Shown: one piece after another, positions 40,601 through 54,667 of the stretch | Layout: every line of letters begins with the position of its first letter | Position numbering within the stretch: position 1 is the stretch's first letter | Source: Blasia pusilla | Lineage: Eukaryota | Length of the DNA stretch: 64,000 nt | Assembly (NCBI GenBank): GCA_050084515.1 | Contig: CM114271.1 | Span: 1,860,001-1,924,000, forward strand | Direction of reading: 5' to 3' | Translations under genes and position numbers: made by a program | The notes under the pieces: model-generated | What the model was told of the DNA's origin: nothing | Seen by the model: only the letters and a program-made list of their open reading frames with translations | Database searches by the model: none

Positions 40601-41395
40601 TGTGCACACATATCTCCTGCTCAACCCTAACTGAAGATTTTGGGGTCAAGGAAAATTTTCCTCAAAGAGAAACTTTAAGGCAATTCTACCTAAAATACAG
40701 ATTTTTCCCGAAAAGGTAAGTTTTGCAAAATAACTCTAAATGAACCCAAAAAAAGGGATAACTTGCATACTAAAAATAACCAAGTTCTCTACAGATTATC
40801 CTTGACCTCTTGAGACCAACTTCCAACCTCTCTCCGTTCCACTACAAAAGACGTAATAACGAGGAAGTATAAAATGACATATTCGTGTAAGTAGGCATGT
40901 GTGAGGATCTTGGATGGCGCAAGATAGGGATTTCACTAAAGGGTCTATGATGCAAAAGTGCATCTTGAGTTACCAATGGCATGGCCCCTAGCATGGGTGG
41001 GAGTGACATGGCATAATGGAGAATATGGGAGGAGGATTCACGCCAATCCCGCCCTTTTCTTGCAATCCCCCCCCCCAAATGCTTCCCCACTTTTAGGGAA
41101 GGGCTTGTATGGGAATGCAAGGGCCATGCGCTTAAGGACAAGGAGGCCGGAATGCAACTCAATGGTAAGATTAAGTAAAGGAAAAAAATCATGAAAAATC
41201 TCTTGTTGACAAGTCCGCCCATAGCATGTGCACAAAATTTGTCCATATACAACGTTGTTGGGGCCTCATCCCAGCACCCCTAACAACAACCAACCTTCTT
41301 GTATGTGGTGCCAAAAATTGACACAATCAAGTAAGTAGACTAAAAAAAATATTACTATAAATCTACTCTAAGTCAATTATGAATGGCTATGGCAT

Positions 41396-41721
41396 CAAGG
41401 TTGTATGTGGACAAAGCTCATGTCTGCAAACATGTCCATGGACTTACGTCTGTCCTATGGAAGGATTTGTCCATGTAATCCCTATCTCCCCCTTCTTTGT
41501 CGTCCCCCCCTCCCACTTGCCTACGTGATTCGCACTTTCTCGTTTCTTCCTCCTCCCACCTCTACTTCCTCTCCTTGTTGCCTTGCTGGCCATTGTCTTG
41601 CATTCCACCATCAGCTATAAGTGTGGGCCTCACCTCTTGCAATCCATGTCGGTAGACATATCCAAACTTTTCCATCCATGTCCGCGTTAGGGACGGACTT
41701 GTCCGTTTTCATGCAAGCATG
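41396..41721 (+). mobile_element. hAT-type MITE
   Basis: Ends CAAGGTTGTA / TGCAAGCATG; TSD TATGGCAT and TACGGCAT (7/8 match). Confidence 0.85.
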
Positions 41722-42325
41722 TACGGCATGGTTATTATTTGAAAATACAAATTGTTGCAAAAATTTTCATCATCATAACATACCATACAAATTTAGAAAC
41801 ACACTCAGATCTTAAGATCACAACACATAGAAACACACAACATCGACAAGAAAATTTTACTAAAATTTAATATTCTATACCTAGTACATAAGCTTGGACT
41901 CCATAGAGTCATTTGTTAATCTACTACTTCATAATGGACATACATCTTTTAATGTAATAATTAAGATTATGAGGCAGAGTACTATTTTGTCGCGTGGTTA
42001 GTCTCTAATGTGCAATCCACATGTATCTACTGATCAACAAGTTGAGTAATATATATAATTACATGCTCAATTGCAAAACCACAAAGATTTTATTTACATT
42101 CTAGAATTTGGAAAAAAAATCTTAAGATCATGACCCATAGAAACACATAACATCGACATAAAATTCTAGAATCTGGAAAAAAAATCCATAAAATCACTCA
42201 ATTTTCTTTGAGAGATTATGATAAGCATCGCATTTATGTATGTCAAGCAAGATTAAGTAAAATATTGATCACATCCTTTCATTGTATTATCCCAAGCAAC
42301 ATGTATTGGTAATTTGTGTACCAAA

Positions 42326-42503
42326 TATATATTATTAAAAGAGGACGGGGTTTGGGAAGCCCTCCTATGGTGTTGATACATAAGCTTTCTTAAGCCTCCC
42401 CGTATTCACATGTGTACAATAGCATTTAACTAAGTGCTAACAAGAAGGACTAAGGGTACTAAGGGATTTTTTTCACCCGTGCATCGCGTCGGCAAGATGC
42501 TAG
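42326..42503 (+). mobile_element. Small non-autonomous Helitron-like element
   Basis: 3' hairpin CCCGTGCATCGCGTCGG followed by CTAG|T; 5' part resembles the start of the 49251 element. Confidence 0.5.
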
Positions 42504-44210
42504 TTTGGTTGTACTATGCAATCTATCTTAAGACAATAATATTTTGCCCAAGCTTCCACATATTATATGGTCCCATCCCATACCCATCCATCCTATAGGT
42601 TGGTATAAATTGTAGATGTGGGATCATAATTGGGATGTGTGCATGTGATTATCACTAAAAATCATCTTTTGAGAACTCTATAATGTTGATTGATAGTTTT
42701 TTCTTTATGAATTGGTTCTAAATATTTTTTCTTCTCAAACTAGCAAAAAGTGCCTCATGCAATTATTACTAGAAACGCTCTTTTTGGGATTCCTATGATA
42801 TTAGTTGTCTTATCTTATGAGTTGGTTGCAAGTGATTCCTCTTTTCAATCCAGCGAATAGTGCATAGTTGTAAGGATAAAGTCTACAGATCCAGACCCAA
42901 TTTTCATTGATTATATCAATTTCCTTTTCTATGAAATCCAATTCTCCACTTAAAGTTGATTTATTTTAATAGATCTTCAAAGATCTCGAGAAAAGAAAAG
43001 AAAATCCACTAAAGAACCTAAAATTATATACCCAAATAAACTTACTTGCATGAAGAACACAAAGCACATATTAAACCCAAAAGAGTCCACTAAAGAACAT
43101 GTAGAAATAACACTCCCCTTCCATACATAAAGAACACAAAGCGCGCACACACACATATAGAACTCACTAAAATACCTTCAAAATAATACATTAACAATAA
43201 ACCAATTACATAAAGAACACGAAGCATCGAAAACCCCTAAACCAAACAAACAAACAAACAACCCGTAAGAAAATGAAACTACTTACAATAAAGAGAAAAA
43301 AAACAAAGCACACACATAAAACCCAAAAGAGCCCGCGAAAATACAAGACACTCACTCAATGGGGCTCCAAAAGCCGACAAGGCTCCAGAGATATCCGAAC
43401 AGATATCCGACCAGGGTCTGCCAGTACGGTACCGACTTCCCGCTATGTACACGTGTATCAGAGTCGAGTCACCAGTTCGATTCCTTGGAAAGCGCGAGTA
43501 CACCACCTGGCACGTAGTGACCGGTTCTTCCTATGGGTAGCGGGCCGGGCCGGAAGGCTGGGGCATGCATGCATGGCGCGCCCGGCCCGGCTAGGGTTGA
43601 GCCCGCGTTGCAACTACGGGGCACCATTAAGTGATGCGCCCGTGGGGAAGAGGTGAGGTGTGTCGGGTGTCCGCCCGTTGGAGCATCGTCCCATGTTATT
43701 ATTCCGATATTTATATTATTATTGGGAATCCCATATTGATTCCGATTTCTTTTATTTTTGACATTTGTAAATTTTTCCAATGAAAATATTACGCGTGTCA
43801 AGTTTGATTTATTTTTTACTGCGTTTTATTTTAAACTCTGTGGACTTCTTTTTACTTTTCGGCGGACGTTGTGTACAATAAATTTTACACATCATTAGAA
43901 TATGAATGTTTTAAAATTTGAAAACTTGATTTTAATCTTCCTGTCTCATTTTATTTTAGTAAATGTGTATAACAGGGCATCCTGATGGTTATTATTAATT
44001 GAGAGTGTTTTTTATTTCAAAAATATTTATTTTTTGACCCGTTCCATGATTTGATAATGAAATTTTTATAAAAATAGAAATAAAATTTATACTGATTTGG
44101 AAGTGGAAAAAAGTACGAATAAATTTATTTATTTTTTTGCAATATGAAAATAATAAGGGGTCCCAAAATGTCCCATTCAATTTTTATTTCTAAATTTTTT
44201 TGATATAAAA

Positions 44211-44428
44211 TCTATATTATTATGGGAGAATGTTTTCTTGATTTGCAAACATTTTTCTGTTTGACACGTGCCAACTGGATAGCAAGACAATGTTTCATAT
44301 GCTAGGTGCAACAAGAAAAAAAAAATTGAATTTATGTTCAACATCATTAATCTTTTCCCTTCACGGGCTATGCACTAATTCTTCAAACACTCTTTTATTT
44401 TTCGAATGTTGTACGGGCACCTTACTAG
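44211..44428 (+). mobile_element. Small non-autonomous Helitron-like element
   Basis: A|TCTATATTATT start; ...GTACGGGCACCTTACTAG|T end; homologous to 18635-18784. Confidence 0.55.
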
Positions 44429-47400
44429 TTTTTATTATTCAAAACTAGTGTGATCTAGAAAAAAACATTGAGAATTTATTACGATTGTAATTACCCTTAG
44501 TGAAAAAATTGTAGTAATCTTAAATCCTAACGAGGTATTTAGGGAGGTGTTTTTTTGTTATACTAAATTACTAGTTAGCATGTCCATGTTTGCTCACCAA
44601 AATAATTTCATTTAAAAATAAATATAGATTTTATATTTTAATAATCATATTCCAATCATCTAAATAAATTTTTATTTTTATTTTAAATTGAAGTAATAAT
44701 CCATTTCCCTAGTTAGTTCCAAAAAATTTTGAATAATATTTATTCATCCCCTTCCATTCCTCCCACCAAAATAATACATACTAAGTATAGTTAAATTTAA
44801 TTGATAAAATGATTTCCCTCTTTCATTCATTTTTCCTTCTAAAATATCAAATGTGAATTCAAAGACAAAATTGCAAGCTTGTTGCTATTTTGTCTTATTA
44901 TCTCACTATTTTGTCTTATTGTACATACAAGGTCGTCAATTATAATATAGATTAGAGTGAGTCATTTCAAGCCTCGTGGGTGGCCAGTGGTAATCCGTAA
45001 CTTTACTAGCTTGTTGAAACCATTTTTCTCCGACACCATGTGGTTGTCGAGGTGCTCATCACGCCTTCAAGAAAAATCTTGTGCAACTCAATGGCCATGG
45101 ATATCCCCATCCACGAGCGACCCGAGTGATACGCCCTAATAATATTAAATTTCCCATCCATATGATGTATTGGGTAATTTGGGTTTGATTTGCATCAATT
45201 CTTTTTAGACTTCCTGAAAAAAAATTTCCTTAATTTTTCTCTTCTCTTAGAGGATTTCATTTCCTCGAGTAAGTGTAAACTTCTTGTCTCAAGAGAGTTG
45301 TATATTTTTTATAATATAGATGGTGAATTGTGATAATTTGAACTAGTAAGCCACCCATAATTGTACTTAAGCTACACCTTGTAACTCTTTTCATTTATCC
45401 AAGTGTTTCAAGTCTGTGATTCTTTCTCTATCAATTTAATTTGATCATATGCATATAAAGATTAGTTTTTGTTTTAGATGTGGAGGGTACTTTAATCTAG
45501 TTGACTATATCATTTTTGTGAAATTTTCCCTCAATATTTCATTTTTAATTTGCTCTTGGCATCTTTTTTTGTGCCTTAAAATTGTAGCGATGACTTTCAT
45601 TTCTCTATTTTATTTTATTTTCCCATGTTGAAGACTTTATGTGGTAAGAGTTGGATTTTACCAAATAAATAAATAAAATAAACACAAGTATGTGATGGAA
45701 AGATTTTGAATGGATTTTTAAAGAACCGAAATAAGTAGATAAAAGACACGAAGGAGGGTTCAAGTTTTTTCAAAATGAATCAATGTTATTATGCAAAAAT
45801 GCATCCATAATGATAAGACAAAAGAATAAGTCTTCAAGATTTATCCTAATTTTTACAAGTTGAAAATTGAAAGGAAATCAAGATGGAATTTGGGATTTTT
45901 TTTCTTTTCCTTGCAAAGTGAAAAGGTGAGGATAGGAGGTCTTCTAAATGAAGAAGTTGGGAAGAGGGATTTAAAGGAAAAGGTAAGTTTAAGGGAGGAG
46001 AGGAGATGGGTGATTGTGACAAAGAAGTAAATTGAGATTTTTTTAAAATAATGCATCAAATAGGCATGACAAAAGGTTCCCATTGTTATTTCTTGCACCA
46101 TTGTATGAATGTCAAATGTCTTATCACGCTCATGAGGCCAATGGCTTCAAAATAAATCCTCACCAAATAAATACCAATGCCATTTGTTACAACATCTATA
46201 GAAGTAAGCTCAAGAAGGAAGAAGGGTAAGTTCTTACTCTTTAAAATTGAGGAGGCAGGAGTAAGCTAAAAGGTAGAGGAGTTTGTCTTTCTTTCTTTTG
46301 CAAAACAGTGAAGTGGTTGGGATAAGGAATTTTTTTTAATTAATTTAAACAAGACATACGCACTTAATTCAGTGGTTAAGAAGGGGGCTAAGTTAAGGGA
46401 GAAGAAAAAATATTTTTATGAAATAAGGAAGATGAGGAGGATGAGAGGGATTTTTCCGTAAAGGGAAGTTTTTCTCTGTTTAAGAAGGAGGTGGGTCTTG
46501 TTATGGTCTCAATAAGGAGTAGTTCTTTTTATTGCTTAGAGAATAAATTTTTGAGTTCATAGATTGAGTGATCCATAAATATATATCATATCTTAGTATC
46601 TATCGTAGTGATAGTATCATCAATTGATATTAAGATTGTTCCCTACATCTAGTGAATTGCGGTGATTGCAAGTGTGAGAAAGAATAACACTATGCAAATG
46701 GGAAAATTTGGGTTTTTTTTCTAAATTTAATTTGTCCTAAAATCATGACATGTGAAGAATCAATGCTTATGGAGGATATCCAAATAAGGAATAAAAGCTA
46801 GTCAAAAGAGGGACACAAAGTTTTATATTTTATTGGAAAATTTAATTATAAAATTTCATGAGTGATTGATTTTCAAATTTTAACATTGTGATCTTGTTCA
46901 ACCCAATCACACGGGTTAGAAAGATGTGAAAAACTAATTCCACGTATATGATATTAGAATGAAATTTTTTTTAAGAAAAGAGGATGAGAGACTTTATTTA
47001 ACATGTGATAATCCAAACAAGAATTGTGGTCTCCAAAAGTAGAAAAATATAATGTTGGAACACGAATTAGAAAAATTATCAACTTAAAATATTGGGAATA
47101 GAACTCATGGAAAGAATAGTTTATTCATATTGTATCCCTTCACTCAAGAAAAGAAAAATGCCATCATTTTAGGCAGGTATACAATACACATACTTTTTTA
47201 AATGACCCTTTTTCAAATGGAGGAATTGAAATTATTAAGAAAAAAGTGAGAGAATCAAGACTTCCCCTAAATTTTTAAAGGAAATTTTCATATTTTTAAA
47301 AATATTTTCAACGTAAGGTTACCAACATCTTCTTGAAATTTCCAAAAAAATTGCAACATAGGAAATTTTGGACGCAAGCTCTTTCTTTAAGAAGGCTTCA

Positions 47401-49250
47401 AGTATTTCATGCATAATAAAGGCATTCTCAATATCCAAATTATATATTTACCCTTTGTGGCCTTTTTCCAAGCAACATGCGCTTTACCATATCAATCATG
47501 ACCATGTCGTTTATAATTGCTGAAAATATTTCATTAAAAAGGAAATGAAACATTATGCTCTCCCTTGAATATGCGATATGAAAAATGATGTGGAAAGTTG
47601 AAAGTTTGTGCCAAAGTCAATCCACTTAGAAGACCATGCGTGGAAACTCAAGTTTTTTGGGTGCAAAAAAACTCATCTATCTATCCTTTTTCCAATATAG
47701 CCTTCATTCACAAGAAAAAAAAGCTCTAAATTTTTAGGAGTCTCATACAATTTTTAAAAAAATTTGGTTTCCCCAAATCAATATTTTTTGGAAAAATTTC
47801 ATGTTGAATAGCATCTCTACCTCTGTATTGTGAAATTCTTGATACCAAGAAAATGGATTTTTTTTCCTGTTGTAGGAAGTCATCACCACGTAAGAGTTGG
47901 AGCCTTCCCCATTACCACTTTACATACATAGCTTGTAATTCTGAAAGTTTTTTTGATTTAGAAAGTGAGAAATAAGACTTCCCACTCTTCCCTTGATCTT
48001 GCTCATGCTTCCAAATCCATTAGAAGATTTAGATATCATTTTATCATAAGCTCTCCCAAACCATTTGATTGAGCTCCAACTATTTTTACAAAAAAAAGTT
48101 TACTTTATGATTTTTTAAGAGGTTATCTTATCAAATCCAAGTGAAGAAAGCCATTTCTATTTTTCACTACAAATTTTGATGGGAAAATGTATTTTCACAA
48201 AACTAATTCCTTTGATATGGTAGCAATAGTGGGATTCTAACTTCTTTCTATGAGGATCATCTAATAGGATAATATGACTTCTACAAATAGGAGTAAAGTG
48301 TGTAACAAAATAAGACACCTATCGGCTAGTGGAATGCCCTTGTTTGATAAAGACAAAGGACTTAACCCTTGGAAGTAAGAGATATCCTCTTTTCTCTAAT
48401 CTTAAATTTATTATATCGAAAAGATACTATGTCCTATTAAAAGAGTTGTTCTAAATTCCTCAACACAAATTGGGAGTAGGATTGAATAACACCTATCTTT
48501 TGGGCAATCTCGCTGGCTTATGTGTAGCACAGATAATTCAGACAAATGGAAATACTCAAACATGTCATCATGGGCATGAAACACTAGTCTATATGCAAGA
48601 GCCTCTCTACTTGACACATGAAAATGGAACAACAAGAAATTTTTTCCATAACAAGCAACAAGATTACTTTTTTATGAGCTAGATGATCATTGAACCGATT
48701 TCTACTACAAACTCTACTTTCCATAAAATTAATGAAAAATGGCTCGTTGATTTTCAAAACCTTCCATCTTTGACACATAACATTCGGGTAGAAGAAAACA
48801 TTTTCCCACCACAAGACCTCAAGAAAATCTTCTTAGAAGTGGTGTAGCTATTGATAATGATCATTCGCTACATGCATAACACAACAAAGAACTTATAAAT
48901 AATGGTTATTTATAACCATGTGCATATTGGTTTTAACTAGTATAAAACTTGTGTTATGCAAAAAGTGAATAGTCATCTCATGTAGATTCATCACCTCTAA
49001 GAGGCTCACCTCATGGTTTACCAAGAAAGGAGTCTATATTGATCAAGTATTCGTTGACAAACGTATACTGATGATATAAGCCTCGAAAATTGGAAAAAGA
49101 AGTTTAGATTTTTGATAAGTTGGAGGCCACTCAAAACCTTTCCAGTTGTGGCAATTGTAGGCACGGAAGCTCTAATGTAGTATTGCTAGTATACAATGCC
49201 CAGGGGATTGGCCTCTAATAAGAGTTTCTCATCACCCTCTTAGCTGAAAA

Positions 49251-50645
49251 TCTATATCTTTACTATTAATAAAGGAGACTTATGTGGAGGGGTCTCCTCT
49301 ACGTGACACATATCCTCTAAGGACATCCATGCATACAACATGTGTCCATTTAAGGGAAAGGAAAAGAATTAAGGGAGGTGAGGAGGTGAAGTTTAAAAAA
49401 AAAAAAAAAATCAGAAATTTTTGAGGAGAACATCTTTTCTCATGTTTTTTCTCAACATTAAAAAAATATTTCTTTAAAAAATTCAGGGTTAATAAATATT
49501 TTTAAAATTTATCCCAATTAATTAAAAGTTTTTTCTTGAAATTAAAAAATTATTTTTTAATTGACTAATGCTGGTGTGTCATTTAAAAAAATAAAAAATA
49601 TTTACTAAATCTTGAAGGTGCAGCAGTAAATGTTATTTGCATAATTTCTCATGCATTCTTTTTATGTGATTTTTAGATCTCCTTTTGCATTTTTCTTTTC
49701 ATCCTTTCAAGAAATTTTTTATAAAAAATTTTCCTGTCCAATTTTCTTTTCTTTCCTTCTTTTTTTCACCTTACATACGAGAATTAGCATATACGGTATA
49801 GGTGGTTTCTAACTTAGAGTCAACAATTTTTTTTAAAGAATTGTTTTTGGATAAAAAGTATTTGGAAGTAAAAAAATACTAGGAAGATGGAGAATTATAC
49901 TATGTAAGTTAAAAAAGAAAAATAAAAAACGAGAGTAAATTTGGGAAAATTAAGAATATTTGACAGGAATTACTTTAATTTATTTGAAAAAAGAATTACG
50001 TGAGATTCTCGGAAGCCAGGCCTTCGCGAAGTGGATAGGGTAGGAGACTAGGAAGCAGAACACGTGGAGGACGAGGATGAGTCTATGAGAGCGTCTATGA
50101 GAACGAGATCCGCTAAGCGGACGACAGCTGCAGTGCCGAGCAGCGACAGCAGCTCACGGCGGCGAGTGCGACGAAGTCTGAGTCTCTGAAGTGAGACGCA
50201 GTGCGGACTGCGGAGCCCTCGAACGAACGAACGAGACTCGTACAGCGCGTATGCGTTACTTCTTCGGCGGAATGCGGTCAAAGCCCGTTCGCGGATTCTC
50301 GGATCATGTGTGTGGCGCATGTAAGGCGTGCGGGGAGCGCTGCCTTCGAGAAACGGACAGGGATCCCGCAGCACAACCTCAGGACTCAGGACTCCCGTCG
50401 ACCGATGACAGTCGCTCCTTCGCTCTACGACTGAACTGCCGAACCTACGAGACGGTATCGCTATACCGCCCAGAGCGGGTTCCCCCGACCTAAACCTCCG
50501 GGTCAGGAAAGAAAAACCCCTCCGGCGGGTCCCCCCGACCGATGACAGTCGCTCCTTCGCTCTACGACTCAACTGCCGAACCTACGAGACGGTATCGCTA
50601 TGCCGCCCAGCGCGGGTTCACGAAAAGGCGAACTTTTCGTATTAG
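49251..50645 (+). mobile_element. Non-autonomous Helitron with a GC-rich internal segment
   Basis: A|TCTATATCTTTACTATTAATAAAG 5' end; 3' hairpin GTTCAC-GAAAAG-GCGAAC then TTAG|T (CTAG variant); internal direct repeat starting at 50401 and 50538. Confidence 0.6.
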
Positions 50646-50799
50646 TATACCCGTGAATATATAATTTTTAGTCACTAAAGTGTAGAATTGAATTTGAGTG
50701 ATTCTATTGACTTAGACAATAGAATCATTCAAATTGGAATTTTATTGGAAAAACAGAATATGTGTCAAAGGTAGAAGTGATTTCTAAATGAAGAGGCAC

Positions 50800-53750
50800 T
50801 CTCGAATATTGATATGGATTTTAAAGTCACATGGTGAATGTGAATGTGCGGCATGTGGAGAGGGTTGGGGAGAAAATAATTATAAAACATGTACGGGACA
50901 CGTGATATAGGTTCGATGGAAAGAAAAGATAGAAGGAAATTTTTGGATGGGTTGTAACAAGGGAGAAAGGAAACCTCAATAAAAAACGAGTGATGGAAAA
51001 CCCATGGGGAACTCAAAGAGTCGAGTACGTGAAGCCCACAACCGGCCGGAAAAAAGAAAAGGGGGCATCCCACCTACCAGCTAAACTCACCAAAAACAGA
51101 GACAATATCAATAACAACTAGAGGGACATGACTACCACTAAGTGGGCCTCTAGTGCTGGTATCTGCCACAACCTGATCCTGCCGCAAAAACTCATTGGCT
51201 TGGGCATGTTGCAAAGCTATGGAGACCCGTTGCCCACAAAAAAGAATCGCAATAGCTAAGGACAACCCCCATTTCTTGAGTGGATATGATCAGTGCAATC
51301 CGTAAGGAATGAGTCAAACCTCTTCCCCATAGCCCCATACATCTCTATGGCTAAGGGGACGAATCGATGTTCATCATGAAGTCGACTATAGAGATGGCTC
51401 TTCTTCACTGCCGCTGCCAACGTCGCTCCTTGTAGAAATCTCCCTTATGCCATCACTTGGGTTTGCATAGCCTCCCGCGTAGGAATCGTCACTACAACGT
51501 CCGCCACTACCTTCTTAGCCTCTCGTGTTATATAAAGATCAACACGGATAAGGAAATCCCGCATGGAGTAGTGCCTCTCTCTCTTCACTTGGAAGCCACT
51601 CTCACGAGCAATACTGAACATGATACATGCACAACATTGTAAGTGACAATCCTCTCACCCCCAACTGAACAACGTGCTAAATGCACACCAAGTGCTTCCA
51701 AACTCCGAACCTCAATGGGAATATCCTTGTCAGATATAGTGACTCTAAAAACAACCTCAAAGTGGGCTTCCATCAAAGGAGATTGGATTCCAGATTGACT
51801 GAAGGTAACTAAGAAGGAGAAAGTGGGGAGAACGGCTATGGTCTCAAGTAGAAGGGAATCTCTTTATGCTATGCGGGAAGATTGTAGTGGCAAAAACGCC
51901 ATCATCAACCTGAGACACATAATGTAGAAGGAGTGGTATATCCCTAAACATAAATCTAGAGCAAACAAGGGGTGTTGCAATGGCCCAACTCCCCAAAAAA
52001 TCTGAGGGAGTTACTAATTCCGTCAAGAGAAGAACTACTCCACCAAAGGAAATCGGCCAAGAAGCCTGCCTACGAGCTAGCTCTCCCCATGGGGCACTCA
52101 AAAGAACCAAGTCCTAAGAGATCCCCAAACACATGTAGGATCTTCCTATCGAAGGATCTATAGAGGATAGAAAGGTGAATAGATATCCAAACCGTTCTAG
52201 TGAGATAACTAGGTCGACTAGCAAGGATCTCCAGGGCCCACAATATGGGTATCATCTGCCAACAAGGGGAAAATGCAATCTGAAAAGCCTCATTGTAGAA
52301 AAATTGCTCGATAATGAGCCAAAGAAAATAATGCGCCATCCAAATGATCACATTGATCAACAAGTTCCAATGGTAGACTCCAAAACCGTGACCTCCTCCT
52401 TAAACCGACCATAGTGGAAATAGAGGGCCAAAGGGGCCCCATAGAAAGCCTGCACAAAGGGAATGAGGCTTGTAATGGGGACACATGCGTCTCTCAACTC
52501 TCTGAAGATAGCTTCCCGTAACACTGAGTTGAAGGCATTCTTCACATCCACTTAGAGGGCCACCCATTCGAGATATACATTGAGACAAGCCCTTAAACCT
52601 AAGGCTACCGTCTCATAGCTGGATGCCATGGCAACTCCAAATTGATGCGGACTCAGGTGAGATTGGAAAGCCTTATGGAATTGCAAAGAAATAGTGAGAA
52701 TCACCAACCACAAGAGCATCTTGCCTATGGCAATCTGACGAATACTTCCACCCTCCTTCGACAACGCCAAAAGTCGCCCTGACCCCAATACTTCGGCCAC
52801 TGTAGTTGGCTCTCTCCCATAAGCTAGATGGGAGAAAACTTGAAGCAACTTGAAAAAGCCACTAGTAGAGTCCTTGGGAGGAAAGTAATCACAAAGGTGT
52901 TCATACATCATACGGGAAAACCCTTCTGCCGCAATCCTAGGAGAACGTCAACGTGCAAAGAAAGATGGGTCAAGGCATACAACCATGTCAAGATGGAAAT
53001 CACGTGAAAAACCTGGAATATCAACCATTGGATGAGTACGTAGCCTCTAGAGGGCATCAATGGTAACAGTTGACAGAGATGCCTTGTCCATCAGGTATAG
53101 AGCATGAGCAACTTGCAAGTACTCACATGCCGTCCAAGTATCCTACATTGTTGTAACTTGGCTGCTACAAGATTATCTAGCGGGAAACCAAGTAAAGTGC
53201 TACCTTTGGCATATGCCACAAAATCACTCTATAGAGACGTCTAATCACCTCCTAAAAAATGCCTCAATCGGGCCACAACCTCTCTATGGCCGCCCGTCCT
53301 ACCCCGGATATAACAGAGATATCATCATGGAAGGAGAAGTAGTAGATACCAAGAGAGCTTTTCCATAGGATCAAGTGCAATCCTAGCTACGGGTGGAGGA
53401 AAGCAGGATAGAGGTTATCCCTGATAGCATAGGGAATCCTATGGAACAACCTCGAGCAGAGAAAACGAGTCTCAAAGAGACATGATCAACTGGAGGAACC
53501 ACCCCTTCCAATCTATCAAAGTTAGGATGCTTTTCCGCTTGAACGAGTGAAGAATTTGGGACAATAAGGACATTTTGTATGCCAACTAGATGACCCATAC
53601 GTCCCCACATGGGGGGCTGGTCTGGTTCAAGGCATATATACAACTCACCAAGAAGAGAACATGGTCCCCTCAGTCAATCCTGGGAGATGAAAACAGCTGG
53701 GAAAAGCATCTACGTAAGGATAAACTGATAGCGAAAACCATGAACCAAGC
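50800..53750 (-). mobile_element. Decayed, near full-length CRE-like non-LTR retrotransposon (RT plus RLE)
   Basis: Fragments RLLALSKEGGSIRQIAIG, QFGVA, DVKNAFNSV, PFVQAFYG, RPSYLTRT, RRQASWPISFGG...FLGSW, HLARC..GGERIVTYN and RVSIALQHAQA; same family as 18960-20460. Confidence 0.85.
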
Positions 53751-53999
53751 ATGAGCAAGAAATAAGGATGACAAATAAAGATGAACGTAGAAGGGAGTTA
53801 GGGAGGGGTGAATGAGAGGAAGTTATGTGGGGAGCGTTCCCTATATGAAAATATTTGAAAGCCAAATGCCTAAACAAGAAACCCTAATAGGAGTATAGAT
53901 CTATGAAACAAGATAAAAATTAAAATACTTCACTATATGAGTCATGGTGCAGATTAAAACAAAGAAGAAGATCCGCTCTTCGTTTTGGTATATAACACG

Positions 54000-54003
<4 letters not shown>

Positions 54004-54057
<54 letters not shown>
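54004..54057. repeat. (TC)n microsatellite
   Basis: Seen directly. Confidence 0.95.
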
Positions 54058-54062
<5 letters not shown>

Positions 54063-54463
54063 TTTTCATCATGCCCCATCCCTTTGTAGCCGCCCGATCC
54101 TCCCGCTCCCCTCTATAATTGGAGTCTTCATAGGTTAAGGGTTTAGGTGTTAAAGTCGTCCGAACCGCTCGCGGCAAGTTGGAAGGAGCGCCGCAAAGAA
54201 GTAGGCGCGCAACGTCATCGTAACAATACAACTTATGGAATGCAGAGTGTGCTCAGGCATAGTAGTGATTCAATGAGACTATTATCACATGATTTTAATT
54301 ATTAAATATTTAAAATTTCCAAAATTTCCAAATCTACCCATATCATAGATATTAAATTTTAATTAGATATTATTAGATGATTTATATTTTAATATTTTAT
54401 TTGATTGATTTGAGAGTTTACTCAAAATTATAAGGACACATATCAAAATGTGTATAGCTAAAA

Positions 54464-54667
54464 TCTATAAACTAATTATAGAGTGCAGTTTTTTTAGTAG
54501 TTCCTCTCTTTGACATGTGTCATTAATACTAATTAGATTTCTCTCAAAAATAATTTTGGTCACATTAATTGCGGGTCATACAGATAGATTGGTTAGGAGT
54601 GACATTGAAACATGAAGTATTAAAGAGAGATCCGTGCATAGCACGATTCCTTACAAGTCCTTACTAG
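54464..54667 (+). mobile_element. Small non-autonomous Helitron-like element
   Basis: A|TCTATAAACTA start; hairpin CGTGCATAGCACG near the 3' end; exact end ambiguous (54657 or 54667). Confidence 0.45.

Noticed and set aside
50048..50572. 174-aa Arg-rich ORF
   Set aside because: Non-ATG start in GC-rich duplicated Helitron interior; no domain.
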